Shown here one piece after another: positions 12,713 through 25,262 of a stretch of DNA of 64,000 bases (positions are counted from its first letter, which is position 1; every line of letters begins with the position of its first letter). The position numbers and the translations under genes were made by a program. The notes below the pieces were generated by a model. It made no database searches. It was not told the origin of the DNA and worked only from the letters and a program-made list of their open reading frames with translations. Source of the DNA: Leucoraja ocellata (lineage: Eukaryota); the NCBI GenBank assembly GCA_036785375.1, contig JAWMAR010000069.1, forward strand, positions 7,254,001 through 7,318,000. The letters are read 5' to 3'.

Positions 12713-14111
12713 TGCCTGTGCTGTAGACTTCCTCTGAAATCCATTCCATTGATACGAGTTGAAACTGAGTTTTGAAGACAATGTTTGTGGCATTGTGAGG
12801 ATGAATTCTCATATGATGCCATTTATATGTAAATTAAAACAGTGAATGCAGGCAATAATCTTCAGATCAGACAATATCTGTGGAGAGAGAAGTGGAGTTA
12901 ACTCCGCTGTGTATTTCCAGCATTCACGATTGTCATTCCGGCAATTGCAGTTTTTTTTGACCGAAGTAAATCCTCTGTTTACCTCACACTGAAAACTTTG
13001 TGGACCAATAACATTTGATTTTATTTTGCTCAGACCACAAACTATAACGCTATATTTTGAGATCTTTATATTCAGAATCAAATATACTTTGTTAATGAAG
13101 ATGACCGTGGTGTTGAAAACCCAAATGAAAGCTGTAATATGCTTTAATGTTGCATAAAAGACAAGCGAACGTGGTGTAGCTCAGATAAGCAGCTCTGGAA
13201 TTGTGTCTACAAAGGTGTTACTGATCCCCACTGGAGAAATTAGAATGCATTAGATTTTTCCTTACAAGGTTATATTTGTGTAAAATGCAAAATATATGTG
13301 GTCATGTGAGACTAAAGATAAAGATTAACTACAAGCCCCAGATGCTGGAATTTGAAAGGAGACATTTACATACAGGCAGTAAGGAAGAAATGGCATGTTC
13401 AATTTAAGGTGGAGACTTTCTGCAAGATTGATGAAAGGGTCCTCCTGAACTGTGAAGCGTCCGCCTTCAGTAGCTGGCAGGCCTGAGAAGCATTTCCAAT
13501 ATTTTCTGCTTTTAATATTGAACGCAATCATTCATTTTGACATTAAAATGTCACCCATGTTGATATATGCCACTCTTAAGAAAGAAATCCAGCTTAATCT
13601 TTAAATAGGTTTGCAATCTTCCGCGCTCTTGCAAATGATAAACATCGTTCTGAACGTTTGTTGGCGATTCGTGCTGTATTGACGCCTGAGTAGAATTTTA
13701 AATGTGGTGGGCTAGAAATTCTATCTTGCATCAAAATGGTGCAAGATGGAAACTGTGTCACTTTCATCTGCACCTATTGAGGAGCTAAAATGTTGTGTGC
13801 AAGGCATGAAAGGCATTTTGCAACTATGCTGCTTGATTCACAAGGCTTGAGCCCACTTGCACAAGGCAACCATCTGTAATTTGGGGAGTCATGGGCAAAG
13901 TGTAAGCTTACCAGCTTAATATATCCCCAGCCCCCACCCACCACCATCTTACCATGTTGTGGCAATGGTTCACAATAGGAATCATGGAAGTAGTGGGACG
14001 TCTTCTGGTAATAGAAGCATTAATGGAGCAAACACCCTGATCAGCTGGTATTTTCTGAGCATAACATCACATGTGCCCCATGAATTCCTCCACAATGCCA
14101 GTTATGATTGT

Positions 14112-14412
14112 TTTAGTTTAGTTTAGAAATATAATGTGGAAACAGGCCCTTCGACCCACTGTGTCCAGTGATCCCCGCACACTAATACTATCCTACACAC
14201 ATAAGGGACTATTTACAATTTTACCGAAGGCAATTAGCCTACAAACTTGTACGTCTTTCGAGTGTGGGAGGAAACCAAAGCACCCGGAGAAAACCCAACG
14301 CATGTCACTGGGAGAACGTAGAAACTCCGTACAGACAGCGACCGCAGTCAGGATCGAACTCGGGTCTGGCGCTGTAAGGCAGTAACTCTACTGCTGTGCC
14401 ACTGTGCCGCCC
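14112..14412 (-). mobile_element. HE1-type SINE
   Basis: Minus head GGGCGGCACAGTGG, B box GAGTTCGATCC, (CTAAA)n tail at 14112-14126. Confidence 0.85.
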
Positions 14413-16314
14413 TGCTTTCTCCTGCACTGAAGACCCTAGTAAATTGGCAGACCAATGATAATGTTTACACTAATATTATAGATGCTGAAAGAAAACTATT
14501 GCTACTATTATCAGAGTATGCAAATTTGTCTCTGAATTTTTTTAAAAAGTCTACCAGGATGAGACAGGCAGGTATACAGACAACAAACTAAGAAAACATT
14601 TCTTCTGATAACAAAGCTGGATTCCTATATTTCTTCACTTACTATTTAACATTAGACCAATCTTTAATACATTCTGTTCAGATCCAACATTTAAAAATCT
14701 TGGCATCCAACAGCGGTTGAATTGAATGAAAAATAGCTTAAACCCCAATAGATGCCAATCTCCTCGACTGCCTTTTGCAGGCTCCCAACTAGGAGTCTTC
14801 TTGGACCTCTGTCAATGTAGATTAATAGGATTTATTTTAATTTCATTCATTAAGCACCTCCCTGACAGAATGCAGTGGGACCCACCAATCTGCAGATTAT
14901 GCAGCCAGATGCTTTATTGGAAAACATTTGGCACATGTCCAAGTCAGCCAGCATATCTTCGTGAAAAGTGTTTGAGAATAGATTAGCACAACGTGTTTTA
15001 TCACAATAGGAGGGAACGATGTTCTTTACGAGCGCTATGTACAAACTAGGTACACAGATTTGTTTATTCTTTAATAGGTATTAATTTTATATTGCAACAA
15101 CATGTAGTCTGATCTCTGCGTTTGCTGGATGGCTTTTGCTGTTTCTTCTTGTAGACTCTTTATCTTATAGACAGTCATAGTTATGTTTAAATGAACTAAG
15201 TTTGAGACTGAAAATATATTGCAACATGATGCATATAACTAATTCATTGTCTATTTCAAACCATATTATATGATGCATTCTTTTTTTTCCTATTATATAT
15301 AACTAAATTGGACATTTTGTGATGATTGAGAAACAGATTCGCGGAGTGATTACAATGTGGAAAGATGGCACATGGTCATTGAGTCCAAATCAGTAACCTG
15401 ACTAGTCCCACTCTCACCCATAGTTTTAGAATTCCTTTTTCCATCTCCTTTTTCAGTGCCCAACTTGATTCTGCATCCATCTTCCAAGTCCACTTTCTTA
15501 TAGAACAAAATGTTCCCTAGTTCTGGACCGCACCACATGTATTGTAAGGTTCAAACAGACCATGTCAGCTAAAATGGAGTTATCAGCTAAATTGGCAGCA
15601 TAGCATTCCAAGCCCTTCGAAACCAAGTAGATGCTTACGAAGATGTTCTCAATCAAGTAGAAGATGTAAGCAGATGTTCCCAAGGAATGTCTGGGTTGGC
15701 TGAAAAAAACACCGCATTAGTTGGACAGATCACGTACACCCCCTACGGCAAGTAGTGCAGAAACAGTGTGGTACGGCCTGGTTGGATGGGATAATGATTT
15801 GCTCCTGGGAAGGGGGTAAGGCATGATCAGAATAGGCAGGAAACACCATAAAAGATGCGCCCTTCCAGAAAAAGAGAGAACCCAGCCTTGGACCATGTCG
15901 CGAACGGTGCCAGGTGATCAACAACAGGGTACAATCTGGCGGCGTGGTCTGCTGTGTACTCGGGGTTTGCGAGTGCTTGTGCAGACACATGAGTCTATGT
16001 GCCCTGTTTGACAGTGTAATAAAATACCTTGGTATTCAAACTCTGTTGTATGAATCCAGTGATTTATCGAACACAACACCACAAAACGACAGCTTTCATC
16101 TGTCCCTATACTACACAATTTTAAATTTCAGATCCCTCCAGCTTGCACTGTGCTAAACAGCAATATCCCATATACCCCAGTCTATCAACCTAATTAAAGT
16201 CCTTCATCACCAAAAGCAGTTGTGCTAAATCAATGCCTCAGCGAAGCCTTCACATCTTTCCGATAGTGTGGCATCCACAACAAGACACAATACACTGTTG
16301 GTGTTGGAGACTCA

Positions 16315-16652
16315 ACAGACTGCACATGCAGGGAGCTCGAGCAAAAAGCGACCCACTAGAGGAACACAGCAGGTCAGCCAGCAGCTGTGGAGGGAAATGA
16401 AGGGATCATTTTTCAGGTTGCTGAGTCTTTAGGTTCAGGTGCATGCATGATCCTGAACATTATCTGTCTATTTCACTCCACTGGTGCTTCCTGGTCCACT
16501 GAGTTCTTACAGCAGACAAAATGTGTAGGAAGGAACTACAGATGCTGGTTTATACCAAAGATAGACACAAATTGCTGGAGTAACTCAGCAGGCCCGGCAG
16601 CATTTTTGGAGAGAAGGAATGGGTGATGCTTTGGGTCGAGATCCTTCTTCTG
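16315..16652. mobile_element. Cluster of Penelope-derived short repeats
   Basis: An older inverted-arm copy at about 16315-16515, then a minus-strand copy GTGTAGGAAGGAACTACAGATGCTGG...GGGTCGAGATCCTTCTTCTG with a decayed hammerhead core. Confidence 0.65.
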
Positions 16653-17739
16653 AATAATAATTGGTGATTGGTAGAAGTTTCTATAACTTGAATGTGGCTT
16701 CCAGAAGGGAAGATTAAAATTATATCATTGCATACAATTCATATAACCATCGCAAGCATTGAATCATTACTGCACAAGAATATTAATGTGCACCAATGAT
16801 GTGTGAATTAGTGTGTGTGGATGGAAGATCGAGGAGTGCTTTTTGGACAACAAAGTCACAATCTTCAGATGTTTTTTGCCACAACCCTGTTCTAAATTTA
16901 CACACCAGTAACAGTTTTTTTTCACGGAAATTTTAAAAGAAAAAAATGCTGTTGTATGCAAATTAGAGCAAAGCTAATGTGTGTTCATGTTCTGAATGTG
17001 GATAAATAGTATATGTGCGTGCATATATAATTAGGTGATTATAATTGAAGGATGAGACAAAATAGGCCACGAAACAAATGATTGCACAAAATATTTCAAA
17101 ACCAGTCTGCAAGGAAACCAATTAGAAAAGTGGTTTATTTCCAAGGTAATTGTCAATTGAGAACATAGTTGATGCTCAGCATTGTTTTATGATTGAATTG
17201 ATTAATCAGCAAGTACCCAAAACAAACCAAGTACATTAATTAAGAATCTGTGGCTTCAAATCCCCACCTACCAACAATGTTGCTTATGGCATCATATCTA
17301 GGTTGCATCGGAGCATTCTTTTGAAATTGATGACTATTCAGTATTACTTACAAATGGTTGTGTCAGAGATTTTTGTAAATTCCAACCTGTTATTTTGACC
17401 GATTGTTCCAAATATGAATAAATGTACAATTAAGCATCTGCTGAAACACCAAGATGACAGCATTTAGAACACACGAAACCAGCAATGCATAATCCGAGCC
17501 AATATCGTACATATTTCAAATAACTAATGGTGTGGTAGTCCACTAAAACCTTCACCTGCTGCACTGTGACGAACAACATTAGGAGCTAAATAACTCACTG
17601 CCAAATAGATGATGTGTTCCTAAATATGAGATTGCCAATCCTCTGACGGTGGACAATTGCAAATGTCCCTGAAGATTTCATGCCCCATCCAGCCAAAAAT
17701 GCTGCTTCAGATCTCTGATGCTCCTTGTTCAGTCCATGC

Positions 17740-17930
17740 CTTCATATGGCAAGACGTTTAACTCTGAAATGTCTTCCACCTCTTTGTCACTTTGAGTAGG
17801 ATTTTTGAAAACCTCCTAACTCCTTGATGAAGTTAATGATTGCCTGCCTTGTTCCGCTGTATAACGATGCTCCTGCAAAACATCTTGGGGAATTTGATCA
17901 TGTCAGAGACACAATATAAATTCAAGCCAT
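17740..17930 (+). mobile_element. L2-type LINE 3' end relic
   Basis: GATGCTCCTGCAAAACATCTTGGGGAATTTGATCATGTCAGAGACACAATATAAATTCAAG resembles the L2/DeuSINE 3' terminus. Confidence 0.5.
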
Positions 17931-20090
17931 TTCTGTGTGTGTGAGCTTTTAAAACTGATGACCAAGTACCCGGTTGGCAAAAGTTGTGAGTTGGTCAGGT
18001 GTGAAAATCCCCTCCATAAATATTTCTCTGCAGTTATTGGTTTCCCATGAGTCTTCATTATTTAGTTTCAGCAGAGACCATCTGCTCCTGCATCCCATGA
18101 ATGAATATTTCAGTGAATTCTGAATTGCCTTGTTCTAGTGAGCTTTGCACGTGATGTAATGCATGTTCTTTTCAGCATAGTAGATCATTAAACAGTACAT
18201 ATTTTGAAATCTGGTCAATTTGCTGTTTGGGAGAAATTGCATCTAGTCCACATAAATATACTAAACCTCAGATAATAAAGCTGCTAAATATCCATATCTT
18301 TACACAATGAAAGTCTTTATAATCCAGGAATAAATCATTGCCCATTGCAAATTAGTGCATTTGAATATTTTTTTTCTCCATGATTCATATTAAGTACTTT
18401 CCATTTCCATTTTGAGAAATGAACTGATTTCACACTCAGTGGGTCGAAAAGTAAAACCTAACACAGGAATAAGGGAAAATATGTGATCTTTAATGTGCAA
18501 AGACATGGTACATGGAGGATTACACAGAGCCAGTGGAGTTTGCAGAGTAATAGACTGTGAATCCAGCATAGTGATAGAACATAAATCAATCCTGCGCATT
18601 TCAGATGAACTCAACATTATTCCTAGTGCTGAGTTATGACTAATGATTTAGTTTCTATATAATAAACAACAATAAGTGACAGATATTGTCAATGAATATC
18701 CAGTCCAGCACTTAGTTACCATACAGCCTTTCAGGTTGTGACTTATGATACAGTTTTAATTATACAACCAGTGTCACGTGATAGCTCACTGTTCCTCTCA
18801 ATGAAAATGAATCTGCAATTTTACTATTATTTTTTAAATATTTTTGAAGCCTGGTCAAATGATTGCTTATCATTAATTCAGTGAAAATTGTGCCTCTCAT
18901 CATGCCCATTACAATCGTTTGGCAGGCTGGGTGCTGTTTGCAGATGGATCAAACCTTCCCATTTCACCTCTCATTCTGATGACATTTCCTAACGCCGCCA
19001 ATTTCTCCTCGGCTGCCAGACATTCTAATTTGTTGTGTTAACTGATGCCCAGTGGCACTATTGATGCACAAAAGAGCAAATGGAAGTGTCGGATTTTGCT
19101 CTTATCGGAAACGTGAATTCTCAACAAGGACAAGTAACGCTAACCTTTTCTACTGGCACTTGCAAGTCAAAAAGGTTTGAACATTTGGTGAATTACAGCA
19201 ACCTTTCATTTTAATGGAATGGCTTAAAAACTGCTCCACAGCCACAAACGTAAAGGATTAAGTTAAACCCTGGCAAATGACAGGGAAGTGTTGTTATACC
19301 TCTGCAACTTGGAACAAACTGGTGAAGGCTTTGGTTATTCCCATTAATATGCTATTGACGATGCTCATGTCCTTTAGAAAAGGCTTATGTTTATTATTGG
19401 CATGTGTAGCCAGATATAGTGAAAAGCTTTATTTTGCATGTGATCTCATCAGAGCAGCCAATACTATACATAAATACAATTAACTCAAACTCAAGTATAA
19501 TAGGAAGAGCAAAGGGGAAGCCAATAACTGAGTGCACTAATTCAGAGTGTAGAGTATAGTTCTCAACATTGTAGTACATTAGTTCCATGGATAAAGATAA
19601 TATAACACAAATCCATCGATCACTTTTGCAACAAGCATGGGAGAATTTTTTTCATTTCATTTATTTGACTGTGAGGACAAGTAGGAAGAAAGTCTATTTG
19701 ACTATTATAACATCCAATTGGATAATATAGAGTCTGTTTGTTTTGAAAATAGCTGAAAACAACGACAATTAATGTGTTCAAGGACCTTTGGTGAGATAGT
19801 TAGGGTGGGCCAATTGGAAGAACTGAGGCCATGTGATTTCACTTCCAGGAATACATCCAACTATTTATTGGCAACCCTACCTGGCTGCCTTGTTCAGCAG
19901 AAATAGGTACAATGCTGGCAACAAGCTTATAATACTAATGATGTGGCACCAATACAAAAGTAAAACAATGCAGATACTGGGAATAGGAAATAAAAAATGA
20001 AAATACTATAGATCACGTCAGTGAATATTTGTGTAAAGAGCAATGAGGGTTCATATTGGGACAGGTGTTCGAACCGTAAGGAAATAACAA

Positions 20091-20250
20091 CATAGTCATA
20101 CCATGTGGAAACAGGCCCTTGGGTCCAACTTGCCCACACCGACCAACATGTCCCATCCACATTATTCCCACTTGCTTGCATTTGGCTCATATCCCTCCAA
20201 ACCTGTCCTATCCATGTACCTGTCCAATTGCTTCTTAAAAGTTGCAATCG
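20091..20250 (-). mobile_element. CR1/HER1 LINE 3' fragment
   Basis: Minus strand encodes FKKQLDRYMDRTGLEGY-like end plus GGGCCTGTTTCCAC tail; followed by a Penelope-derived copy at about 20250-20430. Confidence 0.75.
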
Positions 20251-20533
20251 CAAACTTGCTGGAGGAACGTGGAGGGTCAGGCTCAGTATCAGTGGAGGGA
20301 AATCAGGAGACATTTTAGATCAAGACCCTTCGTTAGACTGATCACTCTAAAGAAAGATCTCAACCTGAAATGTCATTTGTTCATTTCCACAGAAGCAGCC
20401 TGACCCTCTGAGCTCCTCCCGCAGTTGGTGTTTCACATGAAGGTTGATATTTCAACGGTCAGATGGTTACAGATTATTCCTGTAGGTTCCTTCGGCTCAA
20501 CGACAGTCATCCAAATGAGATTATTTTAAATAT

Positions 20534-20840
20534 TGTAGAGGCGCAAACGGCGTGAATAAATTGATTCTTTATTCAGGCATTGTAGGTTAGATATACATGC
20601 ACGTTTAGCATTCCAACATAATAGTCATTGTTGTTGCTGAGAGCCTGTTGCCTCGTGGGCTCGGTTGAGCTCCTGCTGAGGTGGCAGGACACTCTCATGA
20701 AGAGCGAGGAAGAGGAAGAGTGCGAGAGAGGGGAGGTCAGTTCTTATATACTACGGCACACCCCCATACACCGTGACTCCTTCCCGTGACTGCCGTGGAT
20801 TCGCATAGCAAGAGTAGCCTAACCACTAGGGGCCGCTACA
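20534..20840 (-). mobile_element. Solo LTR (Gypsy-like), 307 bp
   Basis: TGTAG...CTACA inverted termini, 4-bp TSD ATAT (20530-20533, 20841-20844); on the minus strand TATATAA (20750-20744) precedes AATAAA (20573-20568). Confidence 0.85.
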
Positions 20841-21169
20841 ATATATGTTTTTTACTTTATTCCAAATTATAGTTATGTTCGACTTATTTTGCCATGCTTT
20901 ATGTTTTTTGTTTTAAGAAGCCATTCTGATCAGGGAATGATTTGGCCAAGACCTCAGTGACCACATGGCTCTCTAAATGCCACTAGGCTGCAGCTTGCCT
21001 ATTCCTGGAGGTGTACCTGGAAATGAACTAAAATGACCTCGCGCCTGCCACTCGGCCTGCCCCAACTCTCTCACCAAAGGTCATCCATAGTTGTGGTTCT
21101 TAGACAACAGCAGAGCAAACTGATTCTACTGTGCTCCTTGCTGTACTCATCCTTTTCCACTACACCAAT

Positions 21170-22330
21170 CCCCTTTCCAAGTACTCTGTCCTGCAACCAC
21201 ATGAGCCTGTATCTATATCTCCTTTGTCACATGCATCTAGAAACCCCAGCAGTCCTTCCAAGTGAAACAGAAGTTCATGTGCACCTCTTCTAACCTCATC
21301 TACTTCATCTGGTGCTTCCTAAGTGGCCATCTTTACAACAGAAAGACCAAGTGTAGATTAGTTGACCATTTCGTGGAGCTTGCTGGATCTCCCGGTTGCT
21401 AACCATTCCCATACTGACCTTTCTGTCCTGGACCTCGTCCATTGCCACAGTGAAGCCACAAGCAAACTAAAGTAATAGCACCTCCGGTTTATGTCGATTA
21501 CAACACAGCAGTATAAACATTGAATTCTCCAACTTTTAGTACCTAATCTACAAACACTCCCTCCTTTTTTCCTCCCCACTTTGACCTCCCTCTTCTCTGT
21601 GCCCCACCTGGATGCGTGGCCATTGCCCACTTTTCCCTAGATTCTTTCCTCTGGCTTCTCATTTCACACATAGAAACATAGAAACATAGAAAATAGGTGC
21701 GGGAGTAGGCCATTCGGCCCTTCGAGCCTGCACCGCCATTCAATATGATCATGGCTGATCATCCAACTCAGTATCCTGTACCTGCCTTCTCTCCATACCC
21801 CCTGATCCCTTTAGCCACAAGGGCCACATCTAACTCCCTCTTAAATATAGTCAATGAACTGGCCTCAACTACCTTCTGTGGCAGAGAATTCCAGAGATTC
21901 ACCACTCTCTGTGTGAAAAATGTTTTCCTCATCTCGGTCCTAAAAGATTTCCCCCTTATCCTTAAACTGTGACCCCTTGTTCTGGACTTCCCCAACATCG
22001 GGAACAATCTTCCTGCATCTGGCCTGTCCAACCCCTTAAGGATTCTATACTTCTTCTATCCTTGTCTCCTCATTTGATACTTTTTGTCTTTTCATCTCCG
22101 GCCTTTGTCCAACCATCTACTAATCAACCAGCCCCCCCTTCCCCCACTCACCTGTATCCACTTATCCCCTGACAATAAACTCTCTTGAATCTTGAGCAGC
22201 CTGTCACCATCGAGCTTTCTCCCCCTCTACTACAATCACTCTGAAGAAGTGTCCCAATCCTAAATGCCAACTACCCATGTCCTCCAGAGATGCTGCCTGA
22301 ACAATTAAGTTGCTCTTGCATTTAGTGTCC
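21170..22330 (+). mobile_element. Penelope-like element 3' part (GIY-YIG endonuclease relic, 3' UTR, terminal repeat), interrupted by a CR1 insertion
   Basis: From 21244 it reads PQQSFQVKQKFMCTSSNLIYFIWCFLSGHLYNRKTKCRLVDHFVE, a decayed NLIYCIxC..C..LYIGET GIY-YIG motif; later DLPVANH and INIEFSNF; terminal CTGAAGAAG...CCAGAGATGCTGCCTGA at 22241-22300. Confidence 0.8.
21669..22049 (-). mobile_element. CR1/HER1 LINE 3' fragment (young), nested in Penelope
   Basis: Uninterrupted ORF 22031-21768 ...SRTRGHSLRIRGKSFRTEMRKTFFTQRVVNLWNSLP...; (TTTCTATG)n tail at 21669-21692. Confidence 0.9.
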
Positions 22331-22664
22331 ATTCAGATAACAAGGTTAATTCGAGTCATTTAGCTCCCCATTGGTGAAAACGATGAATGTCTTGTTAACT
22401 TGTTGCATTAGGTATGGAAATCTTCCTCAACTGCTTTATTGTTCAGAATTGAATAGCAAGAGGCATTCTAGCATATGTGTGTTGTTTGCTCATCTATCAA
22501 ATAGATAACGTTATTAATAAAAATTGAGATAAATTGTCTGGTTAACAATTGTGGTTGAGACAAGGAACCTAATGGACAGTCCCAGTGAACCAGAATGTGG
22601 TAGACCATACAAACTTGTTCTAATGCAGTATCATTTTCATATTTTCTGTTTCCTCATGACAGAA

Positions 22665-23000
22665 ATTAGGCCATTCAGCCCATTGGCTATGTTGGCTTTC
22701 AGAGCAATGCCATCAATCCCATCTCCCCTCTTGTTTTCAGTAACCTATTAACGTGTTCTTGCCCATTAACCCTCCCCTCCCCCGACTCTCCCCCGACTCT
22801 CCCTCCAGCCACTTGCATGGGAAGTAATTTACAGTGGCCAATCAACCTAACAGGCAACATGTCCTTGGGAGGTGAGAGGAAAGAAGAACTCCGAAGGAGA
22901 CCTGTATTACCACATAGTGAACTGCAAAACCCGCAGACGGCTTGAAAGACGGGAATCAAACCTTGGTTGCCAGAGCTGTGCTGTCTGTGACACACCATAC
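22665..23000 (-). mobile_element. Old HE1-related SINE
   Basis: AATTTACAGTGGCCAATCAACCTAAC body and decayed tRNA head near 22950-23000. Confidence 0.6.
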
Positions 23001-23651
23001 CACTGGATATGTTGCTTACCCCAAATCCTGTGAACTAGAGAAGGTTTGCTGTGTGTCTGAGTGCTAGTAAATTGGAGTGAGATTCTCCCTCTGTATCCCC
23101 TTTGTCTTTATTGTGACAATTCTCTTATCCCAATCCCAGTGAAATGGATTGAAGTAGTCCATTTGCCCCAGTTCCACTAAACTGGAGTGAGACTTATTCA
23201 ACTCTAGTTCCTGGCAACACACTTTAGCCTGAACTATGAAACATTCGGCTTTTCTCCCAAAATATATCTCAAGGCTAATTGTACTCCACAATTTAATTTA
23301 AACAACTTCATGAGAATGTGTACGTCTTTCATTACACAGTGATTTGTTCAAATACATCTAATTCTCAGACCCTTGAGAAAATTTACAGAATATGTGCCAC
23401 CGAATTGGAGATTAATAACATTTTTCTAACCATTTATTATTCTGCATTGGGTGCTAAATGTGGTAATGTATGTTTTCTTAATTTTACATTGCCTTTCATG
23501 CTCCTTTCAGGATGAATAAAAGCTCTGCATTAAATGAAATAGTAGGTGTCATGCAGAAAATGTAACAGCCACATTATGCAGAGAAGTTAAATATATCAGG
23601 CACATAACCAGCAGGTCATCTTTTATAATAAGGCTGAACAACAGAAGGTTC

Positions 23652-23884
23652 ACACAATGGGTGGTGGATGTATGGAACAAGCTGTCAGAGGAGGTAGCTG
23701 AGGCAGGGACCATACCAATATTTAAGAAACAGTTAGGCAGGGATATGGATAGGACAGGTTTGGAGAGATATGGACTAAATGCGGGTAGGTGGGACTATGT
23801 AGCTGGGACATTATTGGCCAGTGTGGGCAAGTTGAGCCAAAGGGCCTGTTTCCGCGCTGCATCACTCTATGGCCCTATGACTAT
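23652..23884 (+). mobile_element. CR1/HER1 LINE 3' fragment
   Basis: VVDVWNKLSEEVAEAGTIPIFKKQLGRDMDRTGLERYG and GGGCCTGTTTCC tail. Confidence 0.85.
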
Positions 23885-24635
23885 AACATCATGCTGTTTC
23901 ACCTAACCTCCACTGATTGAGAGAGAAGAATAAATGCTTCTGTACATCACATTAAATCTGGCCTTGACATAATCAGATGGCACTGTAACTGTTCATTGTC
24001 AAAGCTTGCTCCTGATTATTGAGGTACCAAAGGCAAATAATTCCATTGGCCATTAAACCCTGTGAACTGCAGCAATGAATACAAAAACCACGAGTGGAGT
24101 TATTGGCATGGTTCTTCAGTTGCAGAAACTGAGATGTTACAGTGTAAATTTGGTGCCTTGTGGAGAGAAGGGTGCAAAAAAAATGGTAAGGGAAATCAAA
24201 AGCATACTAATTATTTTCCATCCCAATCTAAGTGCTGTTTCTGCGATCACAACTGCCCAGAGTATAGGAGCCAATGTGCTCACTTGGATCTGTGTCAGGG
24301 GGGAGCTATTTTTGAACTGCAGCATATTCCATCTGTTAGAACCACTTTAATATCCACGCAGTGCCAAAATGAAAAAAAAAGATCTAATTTATATAACAGA
24401 ATACTAGATTTAATTTTTGTTTTAATACCCACTTTTTCTGTGCAATTTTGTTCTCTTTTTTTTCAAAATGCCCGTCAAAACATTTCAGAGTGCATTTGTC
24501 ATATATGTGCCTAAAGCTCAGACCTCGGTCCCCAAATGTGTGGCTGGATGTTGTAAGAGCTATGTCAACACATGGCTGTTCTTTGCCCACCAATGTGAGC
24601 ATCTAAAGCTCAAAGTTCTGGGCTCTGTTGCAGTC

Positions 24636-25262
24636 AGTTTAGTTTGAGTCACACAGCACAGAAACAGGCCATTCAGCCCAGCGAGTCCATGTCAACCACC
24701 AACAACCGATTAACAATAATCTGACATTTATATTCTCCACATTTTCTCATCAACTCCTCTCAGATTCTATCCCTCACCCACACACTGGGAACAACCCAAA
24801 TCAGTCTGAAGAAGGGTCTCGACCCGAAACGTCATCCATTCCTTCTCTCCAGAGATGCTACCTGAGTTACTCCAGCATTTTGTGTCTATCTTCGATTTAA
24901 ACCAGCATCTTTAGTTCTTTCCTGCAACAACCAATTATTCCATCGGAGATAGACACAAAATGCTGGAGTAAAGGAGGGTTCCGATGCAAAACATTGCCTA
25001 TTCCTTTTTCTCCAGAGATGCTGGTTGGACTGCTGAGTTTCCCCAGCATTTTGTATCTATCTTTGGTATAAACCAGCATCTGTAGTTTCTTCCTACACAA
25101 TTAATCTACCGACCCACACGATCTTGGGATGTAGGAGGGAACTGGAACACAGGGGGAAACCAACATGGTCACAGGGAGAACATGCAAACTCCGCACCGGC
25201 AGCAGCTGAAGTCAGGATTACTCTGGCACTGTGAGACAGCGGCTCTATTCACTGTGCCACCG
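24636..25262 (-). mobile_element. HE1-related SINE split by Penelope-derived insertions (about 24795-25099)
   Basis: SINE tail at 24636-24794 and SINE body/head at 25100-25262 flank the insertion. Confidence 0.7.
24801..24840 (+). ncRNA. Minimal hammerhead ribozyme core in a Penelope-derived repeat (best-preserved copy; activity unproven)
   Basis: CTGAAGA (24806-24812), extra A, stem II GGGT-CTCG-ACCC, GAAA (24826-24829), palindromic ACGT stem III, GTC cleavage triplet (24831-24833). Stem I is very weak. Confidence 0.65.

Noticed and set aside
12563-12822. ORFs with YI repeats (also the YLSI ORF at 40184-40438)
   Set aside because: Translations of microsatellites.
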